Positions 50,814 to 52,948 of a stretch of 52,948 nt of DNA are shown in pieces (position 1 is the first letter of the stretch; the number at the start of each line of letters is the position of its first letter). The stretch comes from Streptococcus cristatus (lineage in GTDB: Bacteria; Bacillota; Bacilli; Lactobacillales; Streptococcaceae): contig CAJPQE010000001.1 of NCBI GenBank assembly GCA_905372795.1, positions 1 through 52,948 of the forward strand. The letters run 5' to 3'. The translations under genes and the position numbers were made by a program. Under the pieces are notes generated by a model. It did no database searches. It saw only the letters and a list, made by a program, of their open reading frames with translations, and was not told the origin of the DNA.

Positions 50814-52799
50814 TTATTTCTCCTTTTCTATTGATTCCTCATTATCCATCACTTGATCCATAATCTTTTGATTTAGACGTTGAGTGACTTCAGCAACCGT
50901 TTGATCGCTAACTTGCGCTGCTGCTAGATTAAAGTGGCCGCCACCACCCATTTTCTCCATAATCCGCTGAACATTGATCTTACTGCGACTACGAGCTGAA
51001 ATGGATACGTAACCCTCAGTATTCCTGCTGACCACAAATGTTGCTTCAATGCCCGACATGGCAAGCATGGTGTCAGCTGCCTTACTAATGACGACTGTAT
51101 CGTAGCTGGCATTTTCAGCACCCGCTGCTACAATCACATTTGGCAAAAGCTTCTTACCTGTCAAAATCAGCTCATTGACTGCTCGATACTCTTCAAAATT
51201 CGTCGAAGAAATATCCTGAATGACTACACTATCACTACCCCGAGCCCGCAAATAACTGGCTACATCAAAGGTTCGACTCGTTACTCTGGAGGTAAAATTC
51301 TTGGTGTCTAGCATAATCCCAGCCATGAGTAAACTGGCTTGAATTTTATTCAGGCGATTCTTCTTGGAATTTTGAAACTGAATCAACTCCGTTACCAATT
51401 CGCTGGCACTACTAGCTCCACTTTCGATATAGGCGATGACCGCATTTTCAGGAAAATCCTCATCGCGGCGGTGATGATCCACCACAATCGTCTGACTAAA
51501 TCGATCAAATAATTCTCTTGAAAGCGTTAAGGCCAATTTCGAGTGATCCACCATTATCAAAAGTGAGCGACTGGTCACTCGGTTTACGGCTTCTGAAATC
51601 GGCAAAAGATAATCAGCGCCTTCTGACGTCAATTTTTGAATAGAGCGATAGATATCTGAACCCATCTGTTGGTCATCATACACAACATAGGCTTTCTCAA
51701 TGATATTGCTAGCAAAAAGCTGCATACCCACCGCGGAGCCTAAGGCATCCAAATCAAGATTGCGATGACCAACCACGAAAACCTGATCTACACTCTTGAT
51801 TTTATCTGAAATAGCTGCCATCATAGCCCTCGTACGCGTGCGTGTACGTTTGACAGATGCAGCTGTTCCACCACCAAAGTAAACTGGATTCTTGGTCTCG
51901 TCATTCTCTTTGACAACCGCTTGGTCACCACCCCGGACCTCAGCTAAGTTAAGATTAAGGAGGGCAATCTTACCAATTTCATCATGCTTACCATCCCCGT
52001 AAGAAAAGCCCATACTAAGCGTCAGAGGAAGCTTTCGATTCTTGGCTTCTGTCCGAAATTGATCAATGATCGAAAATTTACTATCCATCAGTTGTTCCAA
52101 AACCGTATAATCCGTGAAAAGATAATAACGATCCATTCCCACCCGACGGTAGAACATATGAAATTGCTCAGAAAACTCTGCTACAAAGTTAGCTACAAAG
52201 CTATTGATATGACTAATATCTGAATCTGATACAGCATCTTCCAAATCATCATAATTATCAACTGAGACAACACCGATAACTGGTCGCGTCGTAACGAGCC
52301 CAACTGTTGCTTCATACTCACTTGATGCATCAAAAAAGTACAGGACACTAGAAGCTGAATCAAAGTAAACAGAATACTGGTTATCTCCTACTGTTGCGTA
52401 GCTACCCGATTTCGAAGCAGCAAGCTGGATAATTTCCTGAAGGAGATCACTATTTAGCTCCCCATCATCCGTTGTAAAAATCAATTCAGCATAAGGATTG
52501 AACCAGTCCACATCTCCACTATTTTCATTGATTTTAATCACACCAACAGGCATTTTATCCAACAAGGAAGCTAAACTTCCCTCTGCTTGATGATTGACAT
52601 AGCGAATCTGCTCAAGCTCGTCCAATTCAGTCACTCTCTGCTGCTGAATAAATAGTCCAACCAAGAGTGCCAGCACTGTAAAAAGAGACACCAGCATAGG
52701 CAAACTATCACCAAAAAGGCGTAAGCAAATAGCTAATATGATAAAGGAAGTAACCCCCACTATCGCAAAGTGGCTCAGGGAAAAACGAATTCTTTTCAT
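50814..52799 (-). CDS. gdpP: c-di-AMP phosphodiesterase (DHH/DHHA1)
   Basis: Two N-terminal TM, degenerate GGDEF (GGDQ), DLDALGS, DHHRR, GGGH; upstream of rplI. Confidence 0.95.
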   Translation of the reverse strand: MKRIRFSLSHFAIVGVTSFIILAICLRLFGDSLPMLVSLFTVLALLVGLFIQQQRVTELDELEQIRYVNHQAEGSLASLLDKMPVGVIKINENSGDVDWFNPYAELIFTTDDGELNSDLLQEIIQLAASKSGSYATVGDNQYSVYFDSASSVLYFFDASSEYEATVGLVTTRPVIGVVSVDNYDDLEDAVSDSDISHINSFVANFVAEFSEQFHMFYRRVGMDRYYLFTDYTVLEQLMDSKFSIIDQFRTEAKNRKLPLTLSMGFSYGDGKHDEIGKIALLNLNLAEVRGGDQAVVKENDETKNPVYFGGGTAASVKRTRTRTRAMMAAISDKIKSVDQVFVVGHRNLDLDALGSAVGMQLFASNIIEKAYVVYDDQQMGSDIYRSIQKLTSEGADYLLPISEAVNRVTSRSLLIMVDHSKLALTLSRELFDRFSQTIVVDHHRRDEDFPENAVIAYIESGASSASELVTELIQFQNSKKNRLNKIQASLLMAGIMLDTKNFTSRVTSRTFDVASYLRARGSDSVVIQDISSTNFEEYRAVNELILTGKKLLPNVIVAAGAENASYDTVVISKAADTMLAMSGIEATFVVSRNTEGYVSISARSRSKINVQRIMEKMGGGGHFNLAAAQVSDQTVAEVTQRLNQKIMDQVMDNEESIEKEK

Positions 52800-52948
52800 T
52801 AAAAAACCTCTTATTGCGCCATTTTACCATATTTTCTTAAAAAAAGCGAGTTTTCACTGCCTCTGGATACTTGTGAAGCAAGAAAGACTCAAATCCTAGA
52901 TCTATTCTTAAACAAATATTCACAATCAATTTACAAGATATGTAAATC

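Overview
Chromosomal segment of an oral viridans Streptococcus (sanguinis/cristatus/gordonii-like, inferred from gene content and synteny), probably close to oriC: it has a perfect parS site, the gdpP-rplI-dnaB-veg cluster, and most housekeeping genes on the minus strand. Core content: maltodextrin locus malXCDAR plus pullulanase, yitT-aspS, hisS, ilvD, rpmF-rpmG, czcD/sczA, dltXABCD, a PadR-DUF1700-DUF4097 operon, S66 and S41 peptidases, a VTC-DUF4956-carbohydrate-binding lipoprotein operon, yhgE/pip with a TetR regulator, rpsD and a TPP-riboswitch thiamine/HMP ABC operon. The most unusual part is the accessory block after rpmG, a known streptococcal integration hotspot. It holds an AT-rich remnant (SAP-domain gene plus a multiply inactivated DNA-alkylation-repair pseudogene), then a two-gene operon behind a perfect sigma-A promoter. 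That operon encodes a 931-aa Ser/Glu/Ala/Ile-rich protein with 28 in-register 26-aa repeats, lacking a signal peptide and LPxTG anchor, and a truncated, motif-degenerate GH1-family protein. Candidate CiaR, VicR/WalR, CodY, MalR and SczA sites were read from intergenic DNA. No CRISPR array, rRNA, tRNA or intact integrase/transposase was seen. All family assignments are from motif recognition, not database searches.
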